Below are positions 50,820 to 62,268 of a stretch of 64,000 bases of DNA, one piece after another. Below the pieces are notes generated by a model. It was given only the letters and a program-made list of their open reading frames with translations, searched no databases and was not told the origin of the DNA. The translations under genes and the position numbers were made by a program. Origin of the DNA: Basidiobolus meristosporus CBS 931.73 (Eukaryota > Fungi > Basidiobolomycota); the NCBI GenBank assembly GCA_002104905.1, contig MCFE01000453.1, positions 1-64,000 on the forward strand, in the 5' to 3' direction. The stretch's first letter is position 1. Every line of letters starts with the position of its first letter.

Positions 50820-52740
50820 TGTTGTAAGAATTTGCAACTTCACCTAAGTATTCATCCAACTTAGTCACTTAGATCAGTACCTTCAAATCCTAGAGAATGC
50901 TGACCAAACTCCTTATTAAGATTTACTTAGAATATTCTCACCAAAATATCAAGTACCCAGAACATGAAAATTCTCAAAGTTGTCCAAACAGCCCCAAGCT
51001 TTGCACACATGCTCTTAGAACCTTTCTAAACCTAATGTTTGTGTTTATAATGCCAAAACCATGTAAAAGTATAAATTCCACTTTTGCATTCAATAAATCA
51101 TAAAGTGAAAGCCACATAATCTACTTATCCTCCTAAATACTTTCAATATTGCTGAGACTCTTACAACAGTTTATGAGCCCCAAGCTGTCACTCTCTGTAG
51201 TGTCTACTACTGCTATTATGGGAACTTTAACTCTGCTTAAAAGTTGGATGGATCTAACTACTAAGTGCAGAAGGTGAAGATGAATATGCTGCTACAAGAA
51301 AGAGGCCTTTGGGATATTTTCATGCAAGAAATATTCCTGCCTACAAATGTGGGAGAGAAACCCTCAAAGTATGAGAAGAAAGAACAAAGTGCCATTAACT
51401 GCATTGGCCTTAATGTCAAAGACAAATTGCTAATTCAATGCTCAAGAGCAAAAGCAGCAAAGAACACCTGGAAGGTATTAGAAGACACCTACCAGTCATG
51501 TTCAGCTGCCAAGAAAATGTATCTAAGACAAAAACTCTTTACTTCAAAGATGCTGTCAGGCGAAGAAATGAAAGATCTAATTAGCAGAATACCATGCTGG
51601 CAGATGACATGAAAGCTGTGGGTGTACCATCTACTGATGAGGATGTGATAGTAGCCATCCTGAATAGCTTGACAGACAAGTTTCAGGGCCCCTTATCAGC
51701 TCTAGAGTCCAGAACTAAAGATTGGACCTTAAATTATGTATATGATAGGCTCCTGGATGAAGAGTTAAGAAAATCAAGCACCAATAAGAATGAAGAAGAA
51801 AATGCTTTAATAAGCAATGATAACCAGCAAAGAAGATACCAAAGACCTTTTAAAGGCAATACCAACCTGTTTTGCAACCACTGCAAAAGGAATGGAAACA
51901 CATCAGTCCCGTGCTTGAAAAAGAGATACAGTCAGCAGAAAAAGCCTGAAAATGGAAATGTTATAACAACTGAAGATAGACTATTCATGTCTGCACTAAA
52001 TATTACCACAAACAAGGATTCTCAGATTTGGTATATAGACTCCGGAGCATCCTAACACTTTACACACCAGTAAGAACTTTTTACACAATTTCAAGAGATT
52101 CCAATCAAGAAGGTTTTCATGGGTGATAATAGAGCACTTGATACAGTGGGAGAAGAAATCATTCAAGTAAGCCTTAGAAGCAGTGAAGGAATCCATACTA
52201 TCACCTTCCATGTAGTACTCTATCAATAATTGAAATCCCAAGTTCTATGATCCATGATCAAAAATTATCCTATGATATTTGGGTGGAATCAGTAGCCACC
52301 CATGTATACCTTAAAAGCAGGAGTTATAAAAGAATACTTTGTGATTCAACTCCATCTGAGGCATGGTAAGGATATATACCAAGTGCAAAACATTTAAGAG
52401 TATTAGGGTACACAGCATATACCAAGAAACTGCCCAGAAATTAGTCAAAATTTGAGCCAAAAAGTGTAAATGCATATTTTGGGCTACTGCAATGAGAGTT
52501 AGGCAAACAGACTCTAAGATGCCAAAGCAAAGAAGCTGATCAAGTCCAGTGATGTGTTATTTGATGAAAACTCAAAACTTTCACAAAAAATGACATAAGA
52601 TGATGATGAAATATGATCTCAAGTCTGCCAATTGTCAGGTTTGAGTCAGAGCATACCAATGAAAATTTTTTCACTCCAGAGAGCTCTACAACTGTGATTC
52701 AGCCTGAATCAGTGCCCAGGAATATCCCAAAAGTGATTGT
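50820..52740 (+). mobile_element. 5' part of a decayed Ty1/Copia retrotransposon (LTR 50820-51168, PBS, gag, protease, integrase tail)
   Basis: LTR with 9-bp inverted termini TGTTGTAAG/CTTACAACA, then gtttatgagccc (Copia GGTTATGAGCCC-type PBS). Gag LQERGLWDI...YLRQKLF, zinc knuckle CNHCKRNG, protease WYIDSGAS, and GY...KKLIKSSDVLFDE. Frameshifts and stops present. Confidence 0.88.
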
Positions 52741-52799
52741 TTCAATATTAAATACCCGGTGATCCAAATGGACAAGAAATACCCCAAATTACTGTATCA

Positions 52800-55700
52800 A
52801 TTAGGGTACAAACTTAGCCTAGTTTACCAAATGCAGGTTCTGGATGTTTGGGAACTTGGGAGGGGGCCCAACTGGGGATTACAGATATTTCTTGATGGTG
52901 CTGGAAGTCATATTGGAGGCTTGGGATTCTGATATCCCTACTAGGAATGAAGCGGTGACAAGACTTGAGGACTGGGTGGCAAGAGTCTGAAAATGTTTCT
53001 TGCTCAGCAATGGGTGTTCCATTTGCCAACAGGCATCATCTCCCTCTTCCAGGGCATATTCCTTTTTTCTGGACAGGTCATCAGGCTTTCTTTGCTTTGC
53101 ACCAGGTCTATAGGTGATAGTAAAGTCAAAGCTGGACAGGAAGAGTGACCATCTGGCTTGTCTCTGGTTTAGTACTTTGGAAGTTGCAAAGTACTCAAGG
53201 TTCTTATGGTCACAGAAGACTTTGATTTTGTGTTTTGCACTGTCCAGGTAGTGTCTCCATTGCTCAAAGGCTACAATGATGGCAAGCAACTCCTTATCAT
53301 AGATATCATAGTTAATCTCTGCAGGGGAAACCTTCCAAGAGTAGAATGCAATGGGGTGCAACACATTGTCTTCATCATACTAGGAGAGTATGGCACCAAG
53401 GGCAAAATCGGAAGCATCAGTCTCCACTATGAATTGCTTCTCAAGGTCAGGGTAGGCAAGCAGGGGGGCCTTCAGGAAAGATTTCTTGAGTGGGTTGAAT
53501 GAGGTGGATTGCTCCTCATTCCAGGCAAAAGGTGTGTTCTTCTGGGTAAGCTTTGTCAGAGGGGTGACTATTGTGGAGTGTTGGCTATGAGCCTGCAATA
53601 GAAGTTGGCAAATCCCAGGAAGGATTGTACTTCCTTGGCTGAGCTTGGAGTTTTTGAGGATTGGACTGAGTCAGCTTTCTTTGGGTCCATTCCTGTTCCC
53701 TCAGGGCTGATGAGGTAACCAAGAAGTTCCACTTCTCTCTGGTCAAATTCACACTTCTCTAGCTTGGCATAGAGACCAGCAGAGTCTAGTTTTCTCAATA
53801 CTTTCTTGACATGTTCATCATACTTATCTTGACTATTGGAGTATATGAGAATATCATCAAGGTTGATAACCACAAACTGGTCAAGGTACTCACGGAATAT
53901 GTCATTCATGAGGTGTTGAAACACAGCAGGGGCATTGGTGAGGCCAAATGGCATTACTTTGTACTCAAAGTGACCATATCTTGTGCAAAAGGCAGTTTTC
54001 CATTCATCATCAGGCTTGATTCTGACAAGATTATAAGCTCCTCTCAAGTCTATCTTGGTGAAGACTTGGGCAGCAGATAGCTGATCCAACAGTTTGTTGA
54101 TCAGGGGCAGGGGGTAGCGGTTCTTGACTGTGATCTTATTCAAAGCATGGTAGTCCACACACATTCTGAGGGTGCCATCCTTCTTCTTGACAAAGAGGAT
54201 TGGGGCTCCAGCAGGTGATTTGGAGTGCTGAATAAAACCCTTCTGGAGGTTTTCTTGAATATAACCATGGAGTTCATTCAACTCTGGCTGGGAGAGGTTA
54301 TATATTGGGCCAAATGGAGGGACTTTTCCATCTTCAAGGTCAATAAGGCAGTCATAAGGCCGATGGTCAGGGAGGAGTTCTGCTTTCTTCTTGTCAAAGA
54401 CATGGGCAAACTCTTGGTACTTGGCTGGTATAGTTACTGAGGGGGCTCCTTCAGCTGGCAAGGTATCTTGGGCTGTTGCACTGTTGGCAACAGTCTTTTC
54501 ACGGTTATCAGGGTCTGGAGATTTCATGGAGTTGACTTGGTGGGATCCGGTGAGTGACAGGATCTTGGATTCTCAATCAATACTTGGATTGTGGTAGCTT
54601 AGCCATGAGCTTCAATGCACAATAGGATAGTGTGGTGAGTTGATGATGTTGAAGGCAATTCTTTCTTGGTGAGCAGTACTGGACAGCTGGAGTAAGCATG
54701 TTTCATGGGTAACGGCACCAGAGGAGAGTGATCTTCCATTAATAACTTCTACTTGGACTGGACAGGATTTCAAGGTAACAGGAATAGAGTGCTTCTGGAC
54801 AAGGGCTTGGCCAATGAAACAGGATGAAGCACCAGAATCAATCAGGGCTAGGACTGGGACAGGGCTGGAGTCAGGGATCTGGATTTTGACAGGCATTCTG
54901 AAGGACTGGATAGATTTTGTGGCAAAGGAAGATTCTTGGATATGCTGGATTTTCATAGGTGGGTCTAGTTGCAAGCCTGTCAGTGCAACTGGACATTGGA
55001 GTTTCCCAACAGATCTGAATCAGGTTGGTTACTGGAGTACTGCATCAGCTAGAAGCTGGACTTCTTGTTGGGGCAGGACTTGGCAAAGTGACCTGGTTGG
55101 CCACAGTATAGACAGTGGTTGGCTTGTTGATGTCTGGACTTTTCACTCTTTTATAGTATCTTGTATTTGGCACTATCAATCTGCATAGAATATTTTGGAG
55201 TGACTTGGGGAGCAGGAGGGGCTGGGACTGCAGCAGGAATGTGTCTTTGACGGTTCTTTTGCTTCTTCTGGAATAGTCTGTTATCACACCGGATTGCTTG
55301 GTGCATAGCTTCAACCAATGTATCTGGATCTGGGAGTGTGAGTAGCAGATCACAAACTTCATCATTGAGGCCATCTTGGAGTTGGCTAATCAAGGCTGCT
55401 TGACCCCAGGAGCTGAGGTCACTGGAGAGTTGTTGGAATTCTGAGGCATAGACTGATGCTGGTTTGTTCCCTTGTTTGAGGGTCTTGAACTTGTTGGCAG
55501 CAGTTCTGGCTTGGTCAAGGTTACCAAATGTTAGCTCCATTTCAGTGAGAAAGGCTTGGTAGTCTCTGAGTAGGGGAGAGCTGGTCTCCACCAATGGGGA
55601 GAACCACTTGAGAGCTGTACCAGTAAGCAGGTTGGAGATGAAACCAACTTTGGCCTGGTCAGTAGGGTACCAGTTGGGCTGGAGTGCAAGATTGTTCTTC

Positions 55701-56846
55701 ACCATGTTGATGAAGCCATGGAATTCATTCTGAGAGCCATTGAACTTGGTAGCAGGAGTATACTTGGGTTCTTGGTAGACTGGGACATGGCTAGTTTGCT
55801 GGACACTTTGGTTCTGGAACTGAGCAAGAGTGTTTCTGAGGTTTGCATGGTCTGGCTGCAGTTGAGTAAAGGCAGCCATGAGCTGGGCAAAGTTCAGCTC
55901 TAGGTTGGACATGGTAGGAGAGGAAGGTGGATGAACTTGCAAGGAATACTGGAATATACTAAACTAGATTGTGGGTTTGTAGAGCCACTAGTATGTCAAG
56001 AATACAACTATTGAGCCACAATCCCCAACTTAAATAAGTTAGCATCACTTCAGAAGGTGCTGGTTTCAATGTCCTTTGATAGAGTATTGTACTAATGCTC
56101 CCAATACTGTAACAACTGTAAACTCCACCAGCAGGGTAATAAAGTGAATGCAGCTTTGACCAATAGTTTTACAAAGATAAAATTTCTTTGCCTTTATAGG
56201 ACAAGACTAGGGAAAGATCATGGGTGATACTTATGGTGAGTATTCCTTTTACAAGTTTTCTTAAAACTTTGAGCAGAAGGCAGGGATCCATAGGTAAGTC
56301 AGGAGAGTCTGATAAAACTGTTATGAATAGACACAAGGCAGGAGAGTACAGCTAGGCAAGGCAGGACCAGGAAAGGACTTGGGTGTGGATCAACAAGGCA
56401 AGGTGGATTTCCAAGGCAGGGTGTTTATTCAAGACCTGTGTTTATCAGACTGAGGAATACTTAAGGGGGGATAGGACTATATATACTTTTTGGCTATACT
56501 GATGCCAAGAGATATTAGCTAATATTAATGGGGTTGTGGGGTGAGGCACAGCAGCAGTGCTGGGTATAATAATACCAAAGGCAAGGCACTGAGACAGGAT
56601 GGGGAAATGGATTTGGTCACCTGATCATGGGACTAAGTCATGTGACCTGGTATCTCCATATATGGAACTGGACTATCAAAAATATGATGGGAAGCTTCCA
56701 TGGAATGTTCCATTGTGTTACAATGGTTTGGAATGGTCAGGAACTTTCTGGAAGGTGATAGAAGGTACCAGAAGGAATCTCTTAGAAATTGAGCTAGGAA
56801 GCTGAAACTTGGCATGGGTGTTCATGGTTGTCATGTGATCATGACA
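52800..56846 (-). mobile_element. Decayed Ty3/Gypsy retrotransposon (LTR 55994-56846, gag, protease, RT, RNase H; integrase and 3' LTR missing)
   Basis: TGTCA...TGACA 853-bp LTR. Gag 55151-55942, protease ALIDSGASSCFI, RT ([31 protein letters not shown], xLDDILIYS), RNase H ETDASDFALGAILS and IYDKELLAII. Confidence 0.9.
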
Positions 56847-57345
56847 AACTCCAGTCTATCTAAAGAGTTCAAGATGTCTGATCAAGGAGAACTCATTTAC
56901 TACTCAAGGATAAAGTTCTCCATAGACAGAAGTACCCAGACTATCACCTAAAGCCAATCCAAGTATATTCAACTACAAGAGGGTTTATGCTCCCAAAAGC
57001 ACAGAAGAACTTAACCTTAAAGTACCAGAGTTTGACATTAAGTTACCTCTATGGACTACACCTGGATGAAGAGTTATCAAAGTCAAGTGTCAATAAGAAG
57101 GAAAAAGATAGTGCTTTGATATGCTATGATAACCAAAAGGAAGAGACTCAAGTCCCTTAAAAGGCATCAGCAAGCTGCACTGCCACTACTGCAAAAGGAA
57201 AAGACACACATCAGACTGGTGCTTCAAAAGCAAATATAATATGGAGAAAAAGCCTGAATATGGATATGCTACAGTGACTGCAGATAGACTATGCAAATCT
57301 GCACTAAATATGCAAACAAGCAAGAATTTTCATATGTGGCATATT
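56847..57345 (+). mobile_element. Copia RT fragment followed by a second Copia gag/zinc-knuckle fragment
   Basis: LSKEFKMSDQGEL is Copia RT-like. 57040-57345 aligns with 51740-52045 and is cut off at the protease WYID-equivalent by the next transposon. Confidence 0.65.
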
Positions 57346-57529
57346 AGACTTGCTCTATTGGATAGTGCCACATAGTGCCAGCCTGTCTATGGTGCCAGAT
57401 CAATCTGGCACTCTATGGCACCATCTAGCACTATAATTTCTACCATAATGCCAGGGGTAGGATTTAGTTACTGGTAATTTTACTCAATCTTACTTATGTT
57501 GCCTAGAATAGTGCTTTCCTTGCTTTATC

Positions 57530-58414
57530 CACTCTTCATAATGCTCCAGACACATTTCTCTCTATGGGTGCCTTCTTGTATGAATATACTGTGCATTGAT
57601 AAGTATATTAAGTATTTTACCTATTCTGCTGTTTTCTCCTATATATGACTTTCCTCTGTATTTATCAGCCAATATGCTGAATCTCTTCAGATATCCAAAT
57701 ATATGCTCTACTCTCACTCTGAAACAATTAAATATCACAATCTAGAGCTTCTGCTTCCTGCTAAGCACAACATTCCTTGGCTTCCTATTAGCTGTAATAT
57801 ATCCTAACCTATGACAATCCTCTCCTAAATAAGCTAGGTCTGCCATACATTTCTCCTCTCTACTGAATTCTGGATAGTTCTCTACCCAGAGTGCACTGTC
57901 ATGCCTACTTCCAGCCAAGGGCCCACTAAACCAGATGATGTTACCCTCAATGTCAGACAGTGCTTGAAACTTCACACAGTGTGCCTTGTACTTGCCAGAA
58001 TAAAAGTGCCTCTGCCCTCTAGAAGGTCTGTTAATCCTGACTGGGAAGGTATCCAAAATACTCCTTATATGGAACCTGTTGCTGAGCACTCTGGAATATG
58101 GAGGTCTACTGGAGCTTCTGAGCCTAGTACTGCAAGCTTGCTCTAAGTCATTCACACCCTCTGCAAGGTGGTTCTCCATTGCTGTCAGCTGGGAATGAAA
58201 GCATCTAGGACTTTTGTTGCCAAGGATGGTGGGATGAAACCTTGTGGGGCAATAGTTCTTGTAATAGCAGTGAAGCTTAACAAGGGATTATCCTTGAGTA
58301 GATTGGGATAGATGGTCCACAGTACTTTGAATAGTTCTCCTCCAGTGTGTCAAAAGGAAATGCAGTGGTAGTGATGAGATTGATGAGAAAAGATCATTCA
58401 GATGAGTAAGTCAT
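57530..58414 (-). pseudogene. Degenerate DDE_Tnp_4-type transposase of the older element
   Basis: Homologous to 61086-61970, with in-frame stops (for example KL* at 57742). Confidence 0.85.
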
Positions 58415-59493
58415 ATTAAAATTGATAGGTGATTAGGCTGAGGTGATTTGAATCAATTTGGTACAATAAGTTTTATTTATCTGATTTCCATGCATTATGA
58501 TTAAATCTCCATCAATTGCCATGTATCCAATCATTATGTTGCAAGAATCATCCTTAAACCATGACTTGGTATTATTATAGATGCTTTACTTACAAGTCTA
58601 TAATCAAATAGGAAATCTGCAATTAATGTGATCCAATCTGTGTCAATGCAATCTGAGATGCATCATGCATAATATGTGGAAAATTCAGCAATAACATTAG
58701 TTTCATATATATTTCATATAACACTAGGTAGATGCCAATACACTACTGTATAGACTTGTTCCATTGTACCGTGCCAGGGCGCACGGCGCAATCCGCGGTC
58801 GCAAAAAATGATTGGGCGCGATATTATAGCTACCAGAAGGCAGGATTGTTCTCGGACAATTTTGCACTCTGCAGGACAATCTCGCACACTATGGCACAAT
58901 CTGACACAATGAGGTTGGCGCGGATGATCGCGCCAACTCGTAATGTTTGCATCACGTGTGCAATTGGATACCGCTATAATGGCAGGTAAAATCCGGTATT
59001 TGGATATGTTTCTTTAATGTAAATGGAAATAAATGTGTATCACACTATAAACTACACTGATACTTACCATTTTGGTTACCCTCACTCCAATTGGACGGTA
59101 TCTCAGTGGTTAATTGGTCCAAAAGTATCCTGAAGCTGGCAGCCCCCAATTGGCTCATTGACTACTGAAAAAGTTACCTGATTTGCCATCAAATATCCCA
59201 TTTTGCCCATTGAGCAAGTAAATCCCTGATCCTAGTGATTGGACAAGGTGTCATAGCTAGCATGCAAGAGATTGTGTAGGTGCAAAACAGATCCAATAGC
59301 TGCACTGGTATTACAGATGACGTATATATATGCAGGGTGTTTATTTATAGGGGTTCTGTCTCAAATGTGAGACGACCTTGATATTACTTATATCAAAAAT
59401 TTGATGATCACTGATTTGCGATGGTTCAATTTGGATTGCAAAAAAAAGGGTTGTTGGGATCAATACAAATGTGAGCAATTCAAAGCGATTGCA

Positions 59494-60633
59494 TCATCTT
59501 CTCCTGGGTTTTTTTCTCACAGGGATTACTACTGAAGCATTTGGTAGTGACTCACTTTGCACACCTATACTACTTCCTGGCTGACTATCATCTTGGCTAC
59601 TTGTGTATTTGTAGTCAGTATTTTGCCTCCTAGTTGATGAGTGCAATGCTGCAGCTTGGCTGTACTGAATCACTCCGGCTGAACCAACTGAACCGGCCTG
59701 TAGTGCCACGTGCTGACGCGTTCTTTTACTTGCCAAGGGCTCTGGTGGTTGAGGCACTTCATGTTGGTCATCTTCAGTCAGTTCACCAGAAGTAACTTGC
59801 TGATGTTCAGGCAAAACGGCACGCGCAGGCGCGCCTTGACGTGTTGAGATGGCCCTTGGCTGAGTTTGATGTGAAGCTGCATGTTGACGCAACTCGGTCC
59901 GCTCCAATGGACTCGTGTCTAAATGAGCAGTTTGGCAAGTTCTCATAGTTTTGCTCTGAAGCGCGCGCGTTGACTCAACGTGGGGCGTTCTGGTAAAGGG
60001 TGTTGGCATGGTCTGGACTGACGTGCGCCGGCACGCTGTGGTTGCAAGAGATGGTAGGGAATCCAGCGAGGCATGCTGGCGCAATCTGGATGATGTTGCT
60101 TGAGGTCTGTATTCTTCCTCCTGAAGCTCACCATCTGATTCCTCAAGGTATTCACTTACCCTCTGTCGGAAACTTTGGAGCTGTTGCCTGAATGAGTCCT
60201 GTGTATATTGCTCTTGGAAGCCACTTAGCTCTACTAATATATCATGTAGTACATTAGTCATTTGAGACAAAAACTCACTCAAAATCTCTCTGGTTCCCAA
60301 AGTTGAGGCACAAACAGACATGTCCGGCCCGTACTGTGCAAATTGCGCGCAAAATTGTTCCTGCGTGGTTTCTTTGTCAAATCCCCTCACTCTCAGCTCA
60401 TTCTTGATTTCAATACTTGTCTTGTTATATATCTTTTTATATACATCAGCTGGCATCTTGATGTAGAACTCATGCCACAGCTTTTTACTCAAATCCTTCC
60501 ATCTTTGTCGACTCTCTGAGGTATCTAGTTCTGCTAGATTAATCAGTAGTGCCCAAATATCTGTACAAAGGCTCATCATAGACACTTGGGCCATACTAAA
60601 ATCATTTGGCAAGAACTCAAACGGATCCAACAT
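59494..60633 (-). CDS. Transposon accessory protein with MADF/Myb-SANT-like helix motif (379 aa)
   Basis: IWALLINLAELDTSESRQRWKDLSKKLWHE fits the W..I...l.....E.+.RW+.L+..Y.+E MADF pattern. Low-complexity C-terminal half and C-terminal basic NLS-like RKKPRRR. The domain call is by eye. Confidence 0.6.
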   Translation of the reverse strand: MLDPFEFLPNDFSMAQVSMMSLCTDIWALLINLAELDTSESRQRWKDLSKKLWHEFYIKMPADVYKKIYNKTSIEIKNELRVRGFDKETTQEQFCAQFAQYGPDMSVCASTLGTREILSEFLSQMTNVLHDILVELSGFQEQYTQDSFRQQLQSFRQRVSEYLEESDGELQEEEYRPQATSSRLRQHASLDSLPSLATTACRRTSVQTMPTPFTRTPHVESTRALQSKTMRTCQTAHLDTSPLERTELRQHAASHQTQPRAISTRQGAPARAVLPEHQQVTSGELTEDDQHEVPQPPEPLASKRTRQHVALQAGSVGSAGVIQYSQAAALHSSTRRQNTDYKYTSSQDDSQPGSSIGVQSESLPNASVVIPVRKKPRRR

Positions 60634-61085
60634 TGACTTTTCCGGTCCAGACCACGCTTGTGAGCTGTGGGATGGGTTTTATCTGGGTTGTACTAAAGAT
60701 GAGTTGAGGCTTGGTATGGGGACCATAGCAACAGATTTGGATACTTATACAGCAGTATATTGGCATCAACCTGGTCTTATATGAAATATATATGAAAACT
60801 AAAGTGATTGTTGCGTTTTCCATATATTATGCATGATGCATCTCAGATTGCGTTGACACAGATCAGATCACATCAATCACAGATTTCCTATTTGATTATA
60901 GACCTATGATTAAAGCATCAATAAAAGTACCAAGGCATTGTTTGCGGATGATTTTTGCAACATAATGATGGGATACATGGCAATTGATGGAGATTTAACC
61001 ATAATGTGTTGAAAATCAGATAAATAACGCAGATTGCGCCGAATCAATTCAAACTGCCTCTATACAATCATCCATCAATTTTTAT

Positions 61086-61970
61086 ATGACTTACTCATCT
61101 GAATGGTCTTTTCTCATCAATCCCATCACTACCACTGGATTTCCTTTTGACACACTGGAGGAGATCTATTCCAAGTACTGTGGACCATCAACCCCAATCT
61201 ACTCAAGGAGATCCCTTGTTAAGCTTCTCTGCTATTACAAGAACTATTGCCCCACAAGGTTTCATCCCACCATCCATGGCAACAAAAGTCCTAGAAGCTT
61301 TCATTCCCAGCTGACAGCAATGGAGAACCACCTTGCAGAGGGTATGAATGACTTAGAGCAAGCTTGGAATACTAGGTTCAGAAGCTCCAATAGACTTCCA
61401 TATCCCAGAGTGTTCAGCAACAGGTTCCATATCAGGAGTATTTTGGATACCTTCCCAGTGAGGATTAACAGACCTTCTAGAGGGCAGAGGCACTTTTATT
61501 CTGGCAAGTACAAGGCACACTGTGTGAAGTTTCAAGCACTGTCTGACATTGAGGGTAACATCATCTGGTTTAGTGGGCCATTTGCTGGAAGTAGGCATGA
61601 CAAAGCACTCTTGGTAGAGAATCATCCTGAATTCAGTAGAGGGGAGAAATGTATGGCAGACTTAGCCTATATAGGAGAGGATTGTCAGAGATTAGGATGT
61701 ATTACAGCTTATAGGAAGCCAAGGAATGGTGTGCTTAGCAGGAAGCAGAAGCTCTACAATGAGATATTTAATCATTTCAGAGTAAGGGTAGAGCACACAT
61801 TTGGATATCTGAAGAGATTCAGCATATTGGCAGGCAAATACAGAGGAAAGTCATATATAGGTGAAAACAGCAGAATAGGTAAAATAGTTAAGATACTTAT
61901 TAATGCACAGTATGTTCATACAAGAAGACATCCACTGAGAGAAATGTGTCTGGAGCATTATGAAGAGTAA
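61086..61970 (+). CDS. DDE transposase, DDE_Tnp_4 / IS5-ISL2 / PIF-Harbinger group (294 aa)
   Basis: ILDTFPVRINRP (D), YSGKYKAHCVKFQ, GSRHD, MADLAY (D), RVRVEHTFGYLKRFSIL (E). Confidence 0.9.
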   Translation: MTYSSEWSFLINPITTTGFPFDTLEEIYSKYCGPSTPIYSRRSLVKLLCYYKNYCPTRFHPTIHGNKSPRSFHSQLTAMENHLAEGMNDLEQAWNTRFRSSNRLPYPRVFSNRFHIRSILDTFPVRINRPSRGQRHFYSGKYKAHCVKFQALSDIEGNIIWFSGPFAGSRHDKALLVENHPEFSRGEKCMADLAYIGEDCQRLGCITAYRKPRNGVLSRKQKLYNEIFNHFRVRVEHTFGYLKRFSILAGKYRGKSYIGENSRIGKIVKILINAQYVHTRRHPLREMCLEHYEE

Positions 61971-62064
61971 ATAAAGCAAGGAAAGCACTATTCTGAGCAA
62001 CATAAGTAAGATTGAGTAAAATTACCAGTAACTGTATCATACCACTGGCATCATGGTAGAAATT

Positions 62065-62140
62065 ATAGTGCCAGATAGTGCCATAGAGTGCCAGATTGAT
62101 CTGGCACTATAAACAGGCTGGCACTATGTGGCACTATCCA
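62065..62140. repeat. Subterminal (A/T)AGTGCCA motif array, three forward and three reverse copies
   Basis: atagtgccagatagtgccatagagtgccag-attgat-ctggcactat...ctggcactatgtggcactat. A mirrored array lies at 57360-57435. Confidence 0.8.
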
Positions 62141-62268
62141 ACAGAACAAGTCTTATAAGTATTCAAATCCATCACTTTGGCCCCTATACCCAGTCTCAAC
62201 TCATCCCAAGTACAACCCAGACAAAAGCCATCACCAGCTCACCAGTGTAGTCTGGACCAGAAAAGTCA

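Larger units (their letters stand above)
58752..62154. mobile_element. Full-length 3403-bp two-gene PHIS-group DNA transposon with TAT TSD
   Basis: TIRs AGACTTGTTC(CA/TG)TTG. TAT at 58749-58751 and 62155-62157. Divergently oriented accessory and transposase ORFs, both open. Confidence 0.9.

Noticed and set aside
57346-62154. Assembly artefact or true composite transposon as explanation of the 1.4-kb inverted arms
   Set aside because: The arms are diverged with directional CpG loss and pseudogenising stops in one copy, and the TAT duplication plus empty-site homology fit a nested insertion.
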